From positions 1,039-52,295 of the forward strand of contig DHNJ01000268.1 of assembly GCA_002409445.1 (NCBI GenBank): a stretch of DNA of 51,257 nt, read 5' to 3'. The stretch is from Armatimonadetes bacterium UBA5419. GTDB lineage: Bacteria; Armatimonadota; UBA10988. The translations under genes and the position numbers were made by a program. Shown piece after piece: positions 18,424-26,836 of this stretch. Position 1 is the first letter of the stretch, and the number at the start of each line of letters is the position of its first letter. The notes beneath the pieces were generated by a model that was not told the origin of the DNA, did no database searches, and saw nothing but the letters and a program-made list of their open reading frames with translations.

Positions 18424-18429
18424 TACAAT
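18401..18429 (+). promoter_or_regulatory. Candidate sigma70 promoter for the osmC pair (TTGCGT-N17-TACAAT)
   Basis: TTGCGT at 18401-18406 lies inside the 5' end of the divergent MFS CDS. TACAAT at 18424-18429. The osmC ATG at 18461 is preceded by GGAG..AAGGA. Confidence 0.4.
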
Positions 18430-18460
18430 GATCTCTAGATTCCTGGTAGGAGAACAAGGA

Positions 18461-18868
18461 ATGGCTCAGTTCACAACTACGCTCGAGGATAACTTGCGCA
18501 CCGTGACCGTCTGGGAGGAGACCGGGGAGAAGGTCGTCACCGACGCTCCGGTCCTGTTCAAGGGGCTCGGCGAGCTGATCTCGCCCTCCGACCTGGTGGG
18601 TATTGGCTTGAGCGCCTGCGTGCTGACGATTGCCGGCCTAGAGGGCCAGCAGCGCGGATACGACTTCAGCCAGGCGCGCGTCCGCGTCGACAAGGAGCTC
18701 TCCGATCCGCCGACGGTTCGCGTCAGCAAGCTGCACGTGCACGTCACGCTGCCGGCCACGGTGCCCACGGCGGAGCGGCTGGCCATCGAGCACAGCTTGG
18801 CCAACTGCCCGGTGGGCCTCAGCCTGAGCCCCGACATCGACCGCCGGCTTGAGGTCGAGTGGGTCTAG
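18461..18868 (+). CDS. OsmC/Ohr family peroxiredoxin-like protein, paralog 1
   Basis: 135 aa. Two conserved Cys contexts (LSACVLT and ANCPVG). ATG 18461 is preferred over track start 18260. Confidence 0.75.
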   Translation: MAQFTTTLEDNLRTVTVWEETGEKVVTDAPVLFKGLGELISPSDLVGIGLSACVLTIAGLEGQQRGYDFSQARVRVDKELSDPPTVRVSKLHVHVTLPATVPTAERLAIEHSLANCPVGLSLSPDIDRRLEVEWV

Positions 18869-18934
18869 CGTACCACTGGAACGGCGCGCCGCTGGCCTGG
18901 CCCGCCGAGGAGATTGATAAGGAGCGATAGGCAA

Positions 18935-19342
18935 ATGAGCAAGATCACGACGCGCTTAGGTGACAACCTGCGCACGATTAGCCGCGTGGAGTCGGTTGGT
19001 GCCGACGTACAGACCGACGCCACGAAGACTTGGGGTGGCCTGGGAGAGCTGCCGTCGCCGGGCGACCTGGTTGGGGTCGCGCTGGGCGCGTGCATCCTGA
19101 CGGTCGCCGCCGTCGCGGCGCAGAAGGGCGGATTCGACTTCAGCAGCGCCACGATCTCGGTCGAGCAGGAGTTCTCGTCCGGTGCGAAGGCCCGCATCAC
19201 GACGATCCGCGTGCTGGCTTCGCTGCCGGCGAGCGTGCCTGCGGACGCACGGCCGGCAATCGAGCGCGCACTGCACACCTGCCCGGTGGGCAACAGCCTC
19301 CTGGCCGAAATCGACAAGACTCTCGATGTCGAGTGGGTCTAG
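18935..19342 (+). CDS. OsmC/Ohr family peroxiredoxin-like protein, paralog 2
   Basis: 135 aa, collinear with paralog 1 (GLGEL.SP.DLVG, ACILT, TCPVG, ends LDVEWV). AAGGAG lies upstream of ATG 18935. Confidence 0.75.
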   Translation: MSKITTRLGDNLRTISRVESVGADVQTDATKTWGGLGELPSPGDLVGVALGACILTVAAVAAQKGGFDFSSATISVEQEFSSGAKARITTIRVLASLPASVPADARPAIERALHTCPVGNSLLAEIDKTLDVEWV

Positions 19343-20079
19343 GTCCCGGGCGGCTCTAGGTACCGGACCTTCGCGTCGGTGAAGGTGCCGGCCAGCCAGG
19401 CGTCGGGGAAGCGGCGGCTGCCCTGCAGCACGACCGCCAATCGACCAGAGACGGTCCCGACTTCCTGCTCTCGGGGCCCGCTCGCGCGGTACTTGGTGAC
19501 GTCACGCTTCGAGAGCCGCACCTGGTAGCCGACAGGCGGGCCCCAGTCGGTGACCTGGCTCGGCTCTTCGGGGTCGGTGATGCGCCACGTCCCGCCGCCG
19601 GGCCGCAGCGGCCTCTCGACCGCCACGCCCTCCCGCGGCAGGGCCGGCAGATCGATGGTCAGCCGCCCTCCTTCGACCTCACCCTCGCGTGGCTCGAACT
19701 GCGCGACCAGCCGCCAGCGCCCCAGCTCGTAGATGAACTCGACGCGCTTGACCGTCGCCGGCCTGCCCGTCACGTAGCCCACGGCGGGCTTCGCCGGCGC
19801 GGAGGCGACCTTCGGCGTCTTGGTCCAGGCGAAGCCGCTGGGCGGCGGCTCCGCGGCTGGTGCCTCCACCGTCTCTGGCGGCGGCGCCACCGGCAGCGGA
19901 GTCAGCGGGTCCGCGCCGTCACCCGGCACCACGCTGGGTGCCGGCGGTGCGGGCTTGAAGGGGTCGAACGGCTCAACGATGGTTGGTGCGGGCTGCTCGG
20001 GCACGCGGACCCCGCAGCCCGCGATCAGCAGACCGGCGCACGCGACGAGCCAGCGGCGGCTATGGTTTGTCCAGTGCAT
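19339..20079 (-). CDS. Lipoprotein of unknown function (Pro/Ala-rich linker plus ~150-aa C-terminal domain)
   Basis: Leader MHWTNHSRRWLVACAGLLIAGCG has a lipobox. The start overlaps the upstream glycosidase gene by 20 nt. No recognisable family motif. Confidence 0.55.
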   Translation of the reverse strand: MHWTNHSRRWLVACAGLLIAGCGVRVPEQPAPTIVEPFDPFKPAPPAPSVVPGDGADPLTPLPVAPPPETVEAPAAEPPPSGFAWTKTPKVASAPAKPAVGYVTGRPATVKRVEFIYELGRWRLVAQFEPREGEVEGGRLTIDLPALPREGVAVERPLRPGGGTWRITDPEEPSQVTDWGPPVGYQVRLSKRDVTKYRASGPREQEVGTVSGRLAVVLQGSRRFPDAWLAGTFTDAKVRYLEPPGT

Positions 20080-22606
20080 ACCACAACGTACCCTGTCCCG
20101 GGTCGACCGTCACACGGAACCCGTCGGCCGTCGCGGTCAGCGGTACCTCGGCGCCCGGCACACCGTGCCCGTCCAGCGCGCGCATGCGCCAGCCATCACC
20201 CAGCGACAGGCTGAGATCCGCGGTCAGCGGCTCGATGCGCGTGGGCCCGCTGCCCCAGCGGTTGCCCACGCTGGTCGAGGTGTCGTTCCACTCCATGCCG
20301 GTATTGGCGACCGCCCCGACGACGGCCAGCAGCAGCCGCTCCGACTGGTCCAACGGCCGGCCATCGAGCGCGTTCACGGCGACCGTGGCGAAGCCGTGGA
20401 CCGACTCGCGCAGCGTCACCGCCAGCGGCCCCGCACTGAGCGTCCGCCCCTGAATCATGCCCAGCACGGCCGCGGCCTGCGGTGTGTCGATCAGCGCGTG
20501 CGCCTGCTCAGCGGGCGCGGGCTCCCAGACCAGGGCCGTCGAGGGCGCGATGTCCTGCTCGACGAGGCCCAACTCGCCGCCGTCGGTCAGTTGCACTTCC
20601 GACCGTGCGCGCAGGACGACATCGAACGGTGTCAGGCCAAGGCTGCGCCAGTGGTTGTGGACCGAGCCGCCCTCCATCGCCACGCTGCGGGGCAGCATCA
20701 GCCGCTGCACGCCGGCGGCCGCGGGCATCGACCCGCCGCGGAACAGCACGGCGGCAAACGGCGAGAGCGCGACCTTCGCCGGGTGGTTGACCATCGTGAA
20801 GTAGCCGGTGATCCGCGGATCCGGTGCGACGGTCGTATCACCGTAGTCGAACTGGTAGAGACCGTCCCAGTCCTGCAGGCCGGCGACCGCGGCGAGCAGC
20901 GGCATCATCTCCGCGCTGTAGAAGCTCGGTGCGGGGTGGTCGTACTCGGAGATGGTGTGCGGCTTGCCCGCCGCGCGGTAGCCCGACAGGTTTTGCATCG
21001 TGCCCGCAGTGGTGGAGGCGACCATCGGTGTGTTGCTGATGTACCAGTTGTTGCCGTCCCAGGCGGTGCCGGGGAAGACCGGGTGCTGCCAGTAGGCGTG
21101 CATGTCGATGAAGTCGCCGTGGTTGACCTCGCGCAGCAGCCCGTGCGTGCCGCCGTAGTCAGCCTGGCTGTCGATCACGAGCTTGCTGCCGCCCGCGATC
21201 TCCTGGACCAGCGCCGTGAGGTCGCCGACATACTTGTCCTCGACGCCGACCAGGAACTCGCGGATGTCGGCCGCCTGCACCGAAGACCAGGTGCTCAGCG
21301 GCAGCGGCAGCGGCATCTGGTCCAACTGCGCACCAGGAGGCATCAGCGGCGGCGCGCCTTCGCGCAGCGTGACCCGACGGACCTCGACCCAGCCGAGCCG
21401 GTTGCCCATGCCGAAGGTGATGCGCGTGTGGTCCGGCAGCACGTCGTCGGCGAGGAAGGTGTAGCGGTAGTCCTGCCACTCCGGCGTGAGGGTGAACGAG
21501 TGCGTGCCACCGATGTGCCGCCAGTCGTCGATGTCGCGCCGCGCGCCGGCGGTGATCGGCCGCGCCTCGTTGGCCCGTGCCTGGAACTCGACCGTGTAGA
21601 CCTGCCCCTCGGTCAGGTTGAGCCCGACCTGATGGACCTGGAAGTGCCAGCTCTCCGTGCCCAGGGCGGTCATCTCGGTGCGCAGCGCCGGCGTGCCGTC
21701 ATCCGACTCGACCACGCTGCCGGCGATCTGCGCCGGCGCCGGTGCCTCCAGGGTCCAGCGGGTCAGGCCGTCGGTGAAGTCGCCGTTGGTCAGCATCTGC
21801 GGCCCGAAGCCGGCCGGCACCGTCTGCCAAGCGTTCAGGGCGGCGGCGAGATCGCCATACTTGGCGGCGATGAACTCGCCCCACTGCTGCCGCAGCGGCG
21901 CGACAAACTCGTCGCTTAACTCCAGCCAGGCAGGGTTGGTCGCCTGGCCGGTGAGGCTGTTCTCGTTGTTCAGCTCGACGAACGAGATCGCCGGCTCGGC
22001 GGCGTAGCTGGCGCCGGTGTACGGGTTCACGTGCTCGAGGATGAGCCGTGCGTACTCGTGCTGCTGGCGGATCATCTCCGGGTGGTAGTTGTCGAGCGAC
22101 TTGCCGTAGTTGTAGGTGCGCGGCACGCCGGCCCAGTCGAACCCGGTGTACCAGCGGCTGACGTGCAGGTTCAGGTTCACGTAGATGCCGGCCTGCTTGA
22201 GGTTGTAGATGAGCCAGTCGAGGCGGTCCATCTGCTCGGCGTCGAGGGAGGTCTGCGTGTCGTCGCCCCAGAGACCGCGGGGGATGCCCGCGTTGTCCAG
22301 GTGGTGCAGGCGGACGACGTTGAAGCCAAGTTGCGCCATGCGCTGGGCGATCAGCGGCGACATTGACTTGTCGGGGAAAGCGGTGGCGAAGGTGAGGTTG
22401 GTGCCCAGCAACCGCAGCCGCTGGCCGGCCCCGTCGATGAACTGGCCGTTCTGCACCGTGACCGGGCCGCGGCTGCCGGCCGGCGCGGGGTTGAGGCCGC
22501 TGAGGTCGACGAACGTGCCGGCGGCCTTGACCGGCGGCATCGGGAAGGCCAGCGCGCCGGGCGTCGGCTCGGCGCCCACACAAAGAGCCAGCAGAAGGGT
22601 CAACAT
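20060..22606 (-). CDS. Large secreted GH5-like glycoside hydrolase with internal CBM4_9-like module and C-terminal beta-rich domains
   Basis: N-terminal TIM-barrel features LLGTNLTF, GFNVVRLHHLDN and VELNNENS (acid/base). The CBM-like segment begins LTNGDFTDGLTRWTLE. The start is ATG 22606 or GTG 22630. Confidence 0.7.
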   Translation of the reverse strand: MLTLLLALCVGAEPTPGALAFPMPPVKAAGTFVDLSGLNPAPAGSRGPVTVQNGQFIDGAGQRLRLLGTNLTFATAFPDKSMSPLIAQRMAQLGFNVVRLHHLDNAGIPRGLWGDDTQTSLDAEQMDRLDWLIYNLKQAGIYVNLNLHVSRWYTGFDWAGVPRTYNYGKSLDNYHPEMIRQQHEYARLILEHVNPYTGASYAAEPAISFVELNNENSLTGQATNPAWLELSDEFVAPLRQQWGEFIAAKYGDLAAALNAWQTVPAGFGPQMLTNGDFTDGLTRWTLEAPAPAQIAGSVVESDDGTPALRTEMTALGTESWHFQVHQVGLNLTEGQVYTVEFQARANEARPITAGARRDIDDWRHIGGTHSFTLTPEWQDYRYTFLADDVLPDHTRITFGMGNRLGWVEVRRVTLREGAPPLMPPGAQLDQMPLPLPLSTWSSVQAADIREFLVGVEDKYVGDLTALVQEIAGGSKLVIDSQADYGGTHGLLREVNHGDFIDMHAYWQHPVFPGTAWDGNNWYISNTPMVASTTAGTMQNLSGYRAAGKPHTISEYDHPAPSFYSAEMMPLLAAVAGLQDWDGLYQFDYGDTTVAPDPRITGYFTMVNHPAKVALSPFAAVLFRGGSMPAAAGVQRLMLPRSVAMEGGSVHNHWRSLGLTPFDVVLRARSEVQLTDGGELGLVEQDIAPSTALVWEPAPAEQAHALIDTPQAAAVLGMIQGRTLSAGPLAVTLRESVHGFATVAVNALDGRPLDQSERLLLAVVGAVANTGMEWNDTSTSVGNRWGSGPTRIEPLTADLSLSLGDGWRMRALDGHGVPGAEVPLTATADGFRVTVDPGQGTLWYALDKP

Positions 22607-22671
22607 CGCGCACTCACTGGCCGCGGCCACGACTCCAGCCCGGCACGCGCCCGTTTCGCCGCCGGCGGTGG

Positions 22672-22699
22672 TTTGCCTTCCACGCGGTTACGGTACACT
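22672..22699 (+). promoter_or_regulatory. Candidate sigma70 promoter for wzm-wzt (TTTGCC-N16-TACACT)
   Basis: The hexamers were read directly at 22672-22677 and 22694-22699 in the divergent intergenic region. Confidence 0.3.
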
Positions 22700-22735
22700 C
22701 TCCGTGAGGTCTTGAGCGGCGTGAGCGAACAGGTG

Positions 22736-23587
22736 ATGGTCAACAGCCCGCGGCGCCCGCCGCTGCGCGCCACGCTGCGCGAGCTGTGGGCCTACCGCGA
22801 GCTGGTCACCGAGTTCACCCGCCGCATCCTCATGGTTCGCTATAAGAACAGCGTCCTCGGCCTGGTCTGGTCGCTGATCACCCCGCTGGTGCTGATCGGC
22901 GTGATCACGCTGATCACCAAGTACTTCCTGGGCCAGCCCATCCCCAACTACTCGGCCTATATCTTCCCAGTCATGTTCGCCTGGACCTTCAGCAACAACG
23001 CCATCCCGGACATGTGCATCTCGCTGCTCGAGAACTCGCTGCTGATCCGGCGCTCCTACTTCCCGCGCGAACTGCTGCCCATCTCCGCCCTGCTCGCCGC
23101 GCTGTTTCACTTCCTGATCGGCCTGGTCCTCAGCCTCGGCTACCTGATGCTGCTGCGCATCTTCCCGCAGCAAGTCGGCTGGAGCGTGCTCCTGGTGCTG
23201 CTGATCATCCCCTGCCATCTGTGCTTGCTGCTGGGTCTGGGGCTGATCACCGCGGTGCTCAACGTCATCTACGAGGACATTCGCTTCCTCGTCTCCGTCG
23301 GCCTGCAGATCATGTTCTACGCGCTGCCGGTGATGTACCCGATCGAGCGCGTCGCGGCGGTCGAAGGTCAGCCGTGGTTGCTGCCCGCGTACCTGGCGAA
23401 CCCCTTCGCCGGCCTGCTCGTGCTCTACCAGAAGGCGATGCTGCCGCCGATTCAGAGTGCCGGCCACCCCGCCCTGCCCTTCAGCTGGCCGTTGCTGGGC
23501 CAGACCTGGTTGGTCAGCCTGCTCGTCCTCTGGTTCGGCCTCTGGTACTTCAACCGCCTCAAGTACGTCGCCGTGGAGCGCCTGTGA
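22736..23587 (+). CDS. wzm: ABC-2 type polysaccharide/O-antigen export permease (Wzm/TagG/KpsM-like)
   Basis: LRELWAYRELVTEFTRRILMVRYKNSVLGLVWSLITPL is the classic ABC-2 N-terminal signature. Six TM helices. The start is uncertain (22733-22736). Confidence 0.8.
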   Translation: MVNSPRRPPLRATLRELWAYRELVTEFTRRILMVRYKNSVLGLVWSLITPLVLIGVITLITKYFLGQPIPNYSAYIFPVMFAWTFSNNAIPDMCISLLENSLLIRRSYFPRELLPISALLAALFHFLIGLVLSLGYLMLLRIFPQQVGWSVLLVLLIIPCHLCLLLGLGLITAVLNVIYEDIRFLVSVGLQIMFYALPVMYPIERVAAVEGQPWLLPAYLANPFAGLLVLYQKAMLPPIQSAGHPALPFSWPLLGQTWLVSLLVLWFGLWYFNRLKYVAVERL

Positions 23588-24315
23588 TGAGCATGCCCCC
23601 CGCCATCGACGTGCGCAATGTGACCAAGCAGTTCCGCGTGGTCCACCACGCCGGCTCGCTCAAGCGCGCGGCCCTGGAGCTCCTGCGCCACCGCAGCTAC
23701 GTCGAGCAGATGACCGCCCTCGACGACATCTCGTTCCAGGTCCCCGCGGGCCAGTCGCTCGGGATCATCGGCTCCAACGGCAGTGGCAAGAGCACGCTGC
23801 TGATGCTGCTAGCCGGCATCTACCGCCCGACCGCGGGCGAGATTGAGGTCCGCGGCCGGGTCACCACCCTGCTAGACCTCTTCGCCGGCATGCATCAGGA
23901 CCTCACGGCGGCCGACAACGCGATTGTCGTCGCGATGACCAACGGATTGTCCCGCGCGGAGGCGCTGCAGCGCCTGCCGATGATGTTGGAGTTTGGCGAA
24001 TTGACCGCCCACGCTGACCAGCGCATCCGCCACTTCTCGGCGGGGATGGTCGTGCGCTTGGGCTTCAGCGTGGCCGTTCACTGCGACCCGGACATCCTGC
24101 TCGTCGACGAGGTGCTGGCGGTCGGTGACCAGTCGTTCCAGGCCAAGTGCCGGCAGCGCGTCGGCCAGCTGCAGGCGGCAGGCAAGACGATCATCTTTGT
24201 CTCCCACGACCTGGACACGGTCCGCGCGACCTGCCAGCGGACGATCTGGTTCGAGCGTTCGCGGCTGCGGCTCGACGGGCCGACCGCCGAGGTCCTCGCG
24301 GCCTACGAGGAGTAA
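23587..24315 (+). CDS. wzt: Polysaccharide export ABC transporter ATP-binding protein (Wzt/TagH/KpsT-like), short form
   Basis: Walker A GSNGSGKST, signature FSAGMVVRL, Walker B ILLVDEVLAVGD. The ATG shares one base with the wzm TGA (TGATG). Confidence 0.85.
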   Translation: MSMPPAIDVRNVTKQFRVVHHAGSLKRAALELLRHRSYVEQMTALDDISFQVPAGQSLGIIGSNGSGKSTLLMLLAGIYRPTAGEIEVRGRVTTLLDLFAGMHQDLTAADNAIVVAMTNGLSRAEALQRLPMMLEFGELTAHADQRIRHFSAGMVVRLGFSVAVHCDPDILLVDEVLAVGDQSFQAKCRQRVGQLQAAGKTIIFVSHDLDTVRATCQRTIWFERSRLRLDGPTAEVLAAYEE

Positions 24316-24321
24316 CCAACA

Positions 24322-25146
24322 ATGGCCTGGCGCCGACGGTGGCAGACGGTGCGAGGGCTGGCCCGCGAACGCGGCCTCGGCTACGCGCTGCGCTACGCCC
24401 TGGTTCACACCGGCGGCCCGCACTTCACCGCCGCCCTGGGCCATCTGGCGCGCGCCATCCGCTGGTACCCGCGGCTCAGCGGCGTACCCATCGACCCGCA
24501 TCACCCCCACCTCACCCCGACCCAGGTCGGCTACTGGTGGCTGCTCGGCGCCAGCTACGAGGAGCCCGAAATCACCCTGTCGGCGACTTGGCTGCCACCC
24601 GACCTGCCGGTCGTCGAGCTGGGCGGCTGCCTCGGTGTCGTCGCTTGCCGGGTCAACGCGGGCCGCACCGACCCACACGCGCACGTCGTCGTCGAGGCCG
24701 ACACGCGGTTGGTGGCCGAGATTGAGCGCCTGCGCGACAGCGAGGGCGCGGCCTTCACCGTGCGCGGCGGTGCGCTGGCTTACGGCGGCCCGACCACCGA
24801 GCTCCGGCGCACCGCGCAGAGCCTCATGGGTAGCAGCGTCTACGCGATCAACGAGACAGCCGACGACGACGTGCTGACCGTGCCGACAGTCGGCCTGGCC
24901 ACGCTGCTGGACGAGCAGGGTTGGGCGCGGGCGGCCGTCATCTGCGACATCGAAGGCGCGGAGCACGACCTGCTGGCCAACGAGGGCGACGTGCTCGCCG
25001 CACGCGTCCCGTGGCTTGTGATGGAGCTGCACGAGGTACTGGGGCGGACGATCGACGATGCGCTCGCGCGGCTGGCGGCGCTGGGTTTCGAGCCGCTGGA
25101 GCGCAAGCTGAACACGGTCGCGCTGCGGGGGCCGGCGGCGGTCTAG
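24322..25146 (+). CDS. FkbM-family SAM-dependent methyltransferase
   Basis: SAM motif VVELGGCLG and FkbM-type block ICDIEGAEHDLL. Confidence 0.6.
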   Translation: MAWRRRWQTVRGLARERGLGYALRYALVHTGGPHFTAALGHLARAIRWYPRLSGVPIDPHHPHLTPTQVGYWWLLGASYEEPEITLSATWLPPDLPVVELGGCLGVVACRVNAGRTDPHAHVVVEADTRLVAEIERLRDSEGAAFTVRGGALAYGGPTTELRRTAQSLMGSSVYAINETADDDVLTVPTVGLATLLDEQGWARAAVICDIEGAEHDLLANEGDVLAARVPWLVMELHEVLGRTIDDALARLAALGFEPLERKLNTVALRGPAAV

Positions 25147-26825
25147 TCGCGCGCGGCCTGGCGGTGCTGCCAGTCCAGGAGCCCGTAGGCCGTCCAGAGC
25201 ACCGGCGCCAGACCCGCGGTGCCGTCCCGGTGCGCTTCGAGCAGCCGCAGCAGGAGCGTGCCGTCTAGTCCACACTGACTGTCGCTGGCCTCGTCAGCAA
25301 ACGCCGCGCGGCATCGCTGGTACAACGGCCCGCGCAGCCAATCGTCCAAGGGCAGCCGCCACGGCGTCCTCGGTCGGGCGGCGACACCGGCGGGTAGCAG
25401 CCGCTCGGCCAGGCGCCGCAGCAGCCATTTGCCCTGGCTGTCGCGGTAGAGCAAGTTGTGCGGCAGTCCGAGTGCGTATGCGGCGACCTCGATGTCGACG
25501 AACGGCGTCCGGCCTTCGACGCCGTGGATCATCGTAGTTCGGTCGAACTGCAGCAGCAGGCTGTCGGGCTGCCAGCTGCTCAGGTCCTTGAACTGCGCCT
25601 CGCGGTGGGCCACGGGCAGCAGATCCTCGTCGACCCGGCCGCCGCCGCCGGGGTTGAGCCGCGCGACGAGCTCGGGCGGGGCGATCCAGCGCGCGGACAT
25701 CGACGGCGCGGCGTACAGGGCATAGCCACCAAACAGCACATCCGCGCCGTGGCCGGCGAGCACCACCCGCATCTCGCGGCCGGCTGCGCGCGCCAGGAGC
25801 CAACTGGGGATCTGCCTGGGGTCTCCCAGCGGCTCATCGACCGCCGCGAGGACCTCGTCGAGCGCGGCCAAGCAGTCGTCCTCTGTCAGGACGACGGCCA
25901 CATGCTGTAAATCTAGCGCAGCGGCGGTCGCTGCCGCGGCGCCGCCGGCGCCGCCCACTTCCAGCCCGAAGCTACGCTTGCAGCCCTGGCGGGCGGCGAG
26001 GGCGGCGATAAGACTGCTGTCGACGCCGCCGCTCAGCAGCAGCCCGACCGGCACGTCGCCGCCTAGGTGCCAGTGGACGCTGTCGGACAGCACGGCGTCG
26101 AGCGCGTCGACGGCGTCGTCGATGGTACCGGTCTGCGGCCGGGGCGCCGTGGGCGGCTGCCAGAACGGCCGCGGCGTGCCTTGGCCGAGGGTGACCTCGT
26201 GGCCGGGCGGCATGCGCTCGACGGATTCGACCAGCGGCGCCCGGCCCGGCACCCAGCCGCGCAGCAGCAGCTGCGAGACCGCCTCCGGTCGCAGGCGCAG
26301 CGGCACCAGACCGGGCGCCAGCAATGCGCGTAGCTCGGAGGCAAAGGCCCAAGCGCGGCCGTCGTCCAGTGGCGCGAGGTACAAAGGTTTGATGCCGAAC
26401 GGATCGCGCGCGAGGTGGACGCAGCGCTGGCCCTCGTCGACGACCGCCACAGCGAACATGCCGCGTAGCCGCTTGAGCAGCGTCGGCCAACCCCAGGCGA
26501 GGTAGCCGCGGAGGAGGACCTCCGTGTCGCAGGTGCTGCGGAAGACCTGGCCGGCGGCGGTTAGCTGGGCGCGCAGCTCCGCGTGGTTGTAGATCTCGCC
26601 GTTCTGGGCGACGATCACCTGCCCGTCATCGCTGGCCATCGGCTGCCGGCCGGCGGCCAGGTCGACGATGCTCAGCCGCGTCGCGCCGAGCGTGCTCGAG
26701 GCCGTCGACAGAGTGTGCCGGTCGTCAGTGCCGCGATGGCGGAGCCGGGCGAGCATCGCCTCGGTCAGGTCGGTCCGTCGCAACGGATCCCAGCTCGGCG
26801 CCCAGACACCTGCCAGACCACACAT
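25143..26825 (-). CDS. asnB: Asparagine synthase (glutamine-hydrolysing) family amidotransferase
   Basis: N-terminal nucleophile MCGLAGVW, Ntn amidotransferase blocks (HRGTDD, VAQNGEIYN), and PP-loop LLSGGVDSS. ATG 26825 is preferred over the track start. Confidence 0.85.
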   Translation of the reverse strand: MCGLAGVWAPSWDPLRRTDLTEAMLARLRHRGTDDRHTLSTASSTLGATRLSIVDLAAGRQPMASDDGQVIVAQNGEIYNHAELRAQLTAAGQVFRSTCDTEVLLRGYLAWGWPTLLKRLRGMFAVAVVDEGQRCVHLARDPFGIKPLYLAPLDDGRAWAFASELRALLAPGLVPLRLRPEAVSQLLLRGWVPGRAPLVESVERMPPGHEVTLGQGTPRPFWQPPTAPRPQTGTIDDAVDALDAVLSDSVHWHLGGDVPVGLLLSGGVDSSLIAALAARQGCKRSFGLEVGGAGGAAAATAAALDLQHVAVVLTEDDCLAALDEVLAAVDEPLGDPRQIPSWLLARAAGREMRVVLAGHGADVLFGGYALYAAPSMSARWIAPPELVARLNPGGGGRVDEDLLPVAHREAQFKDLSSWQPDSLLLQFDRTTMIHGVEGRTPFVDIEVAAYALGLPHNLLYRDSQGKWLLRRLAERLLPAGVAARPRTPWRLPLDDWLRGPLYQRCRAAFADEASDSQCGLDGTLLLRLLEAHRDGTAGLAPVLWTAYGLLDWQHRQAARD

Positions 26826-26836
26826 CGTGCCCCCCT

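Noticed and set aside
18431-18440. ATCT-ct-AGAT / TCTAGA palindrome in the MFS-osmC intergenic region as an operator
   Set aside because: The repeat arms are only 4 bp, which is expected by chance, and no adjacent regulator gene supports it.
16520-18457. 645-aa ORF spanning the CpxP-like gene and most of the MFS gene
   Set aside because: Only the last 172 aa (from MRRLMW..., with a lipobox) look like a real protein. The upstream part is an off-frame read through the MFS transporter gene (17038..18423), which has genuine MFS motifs.
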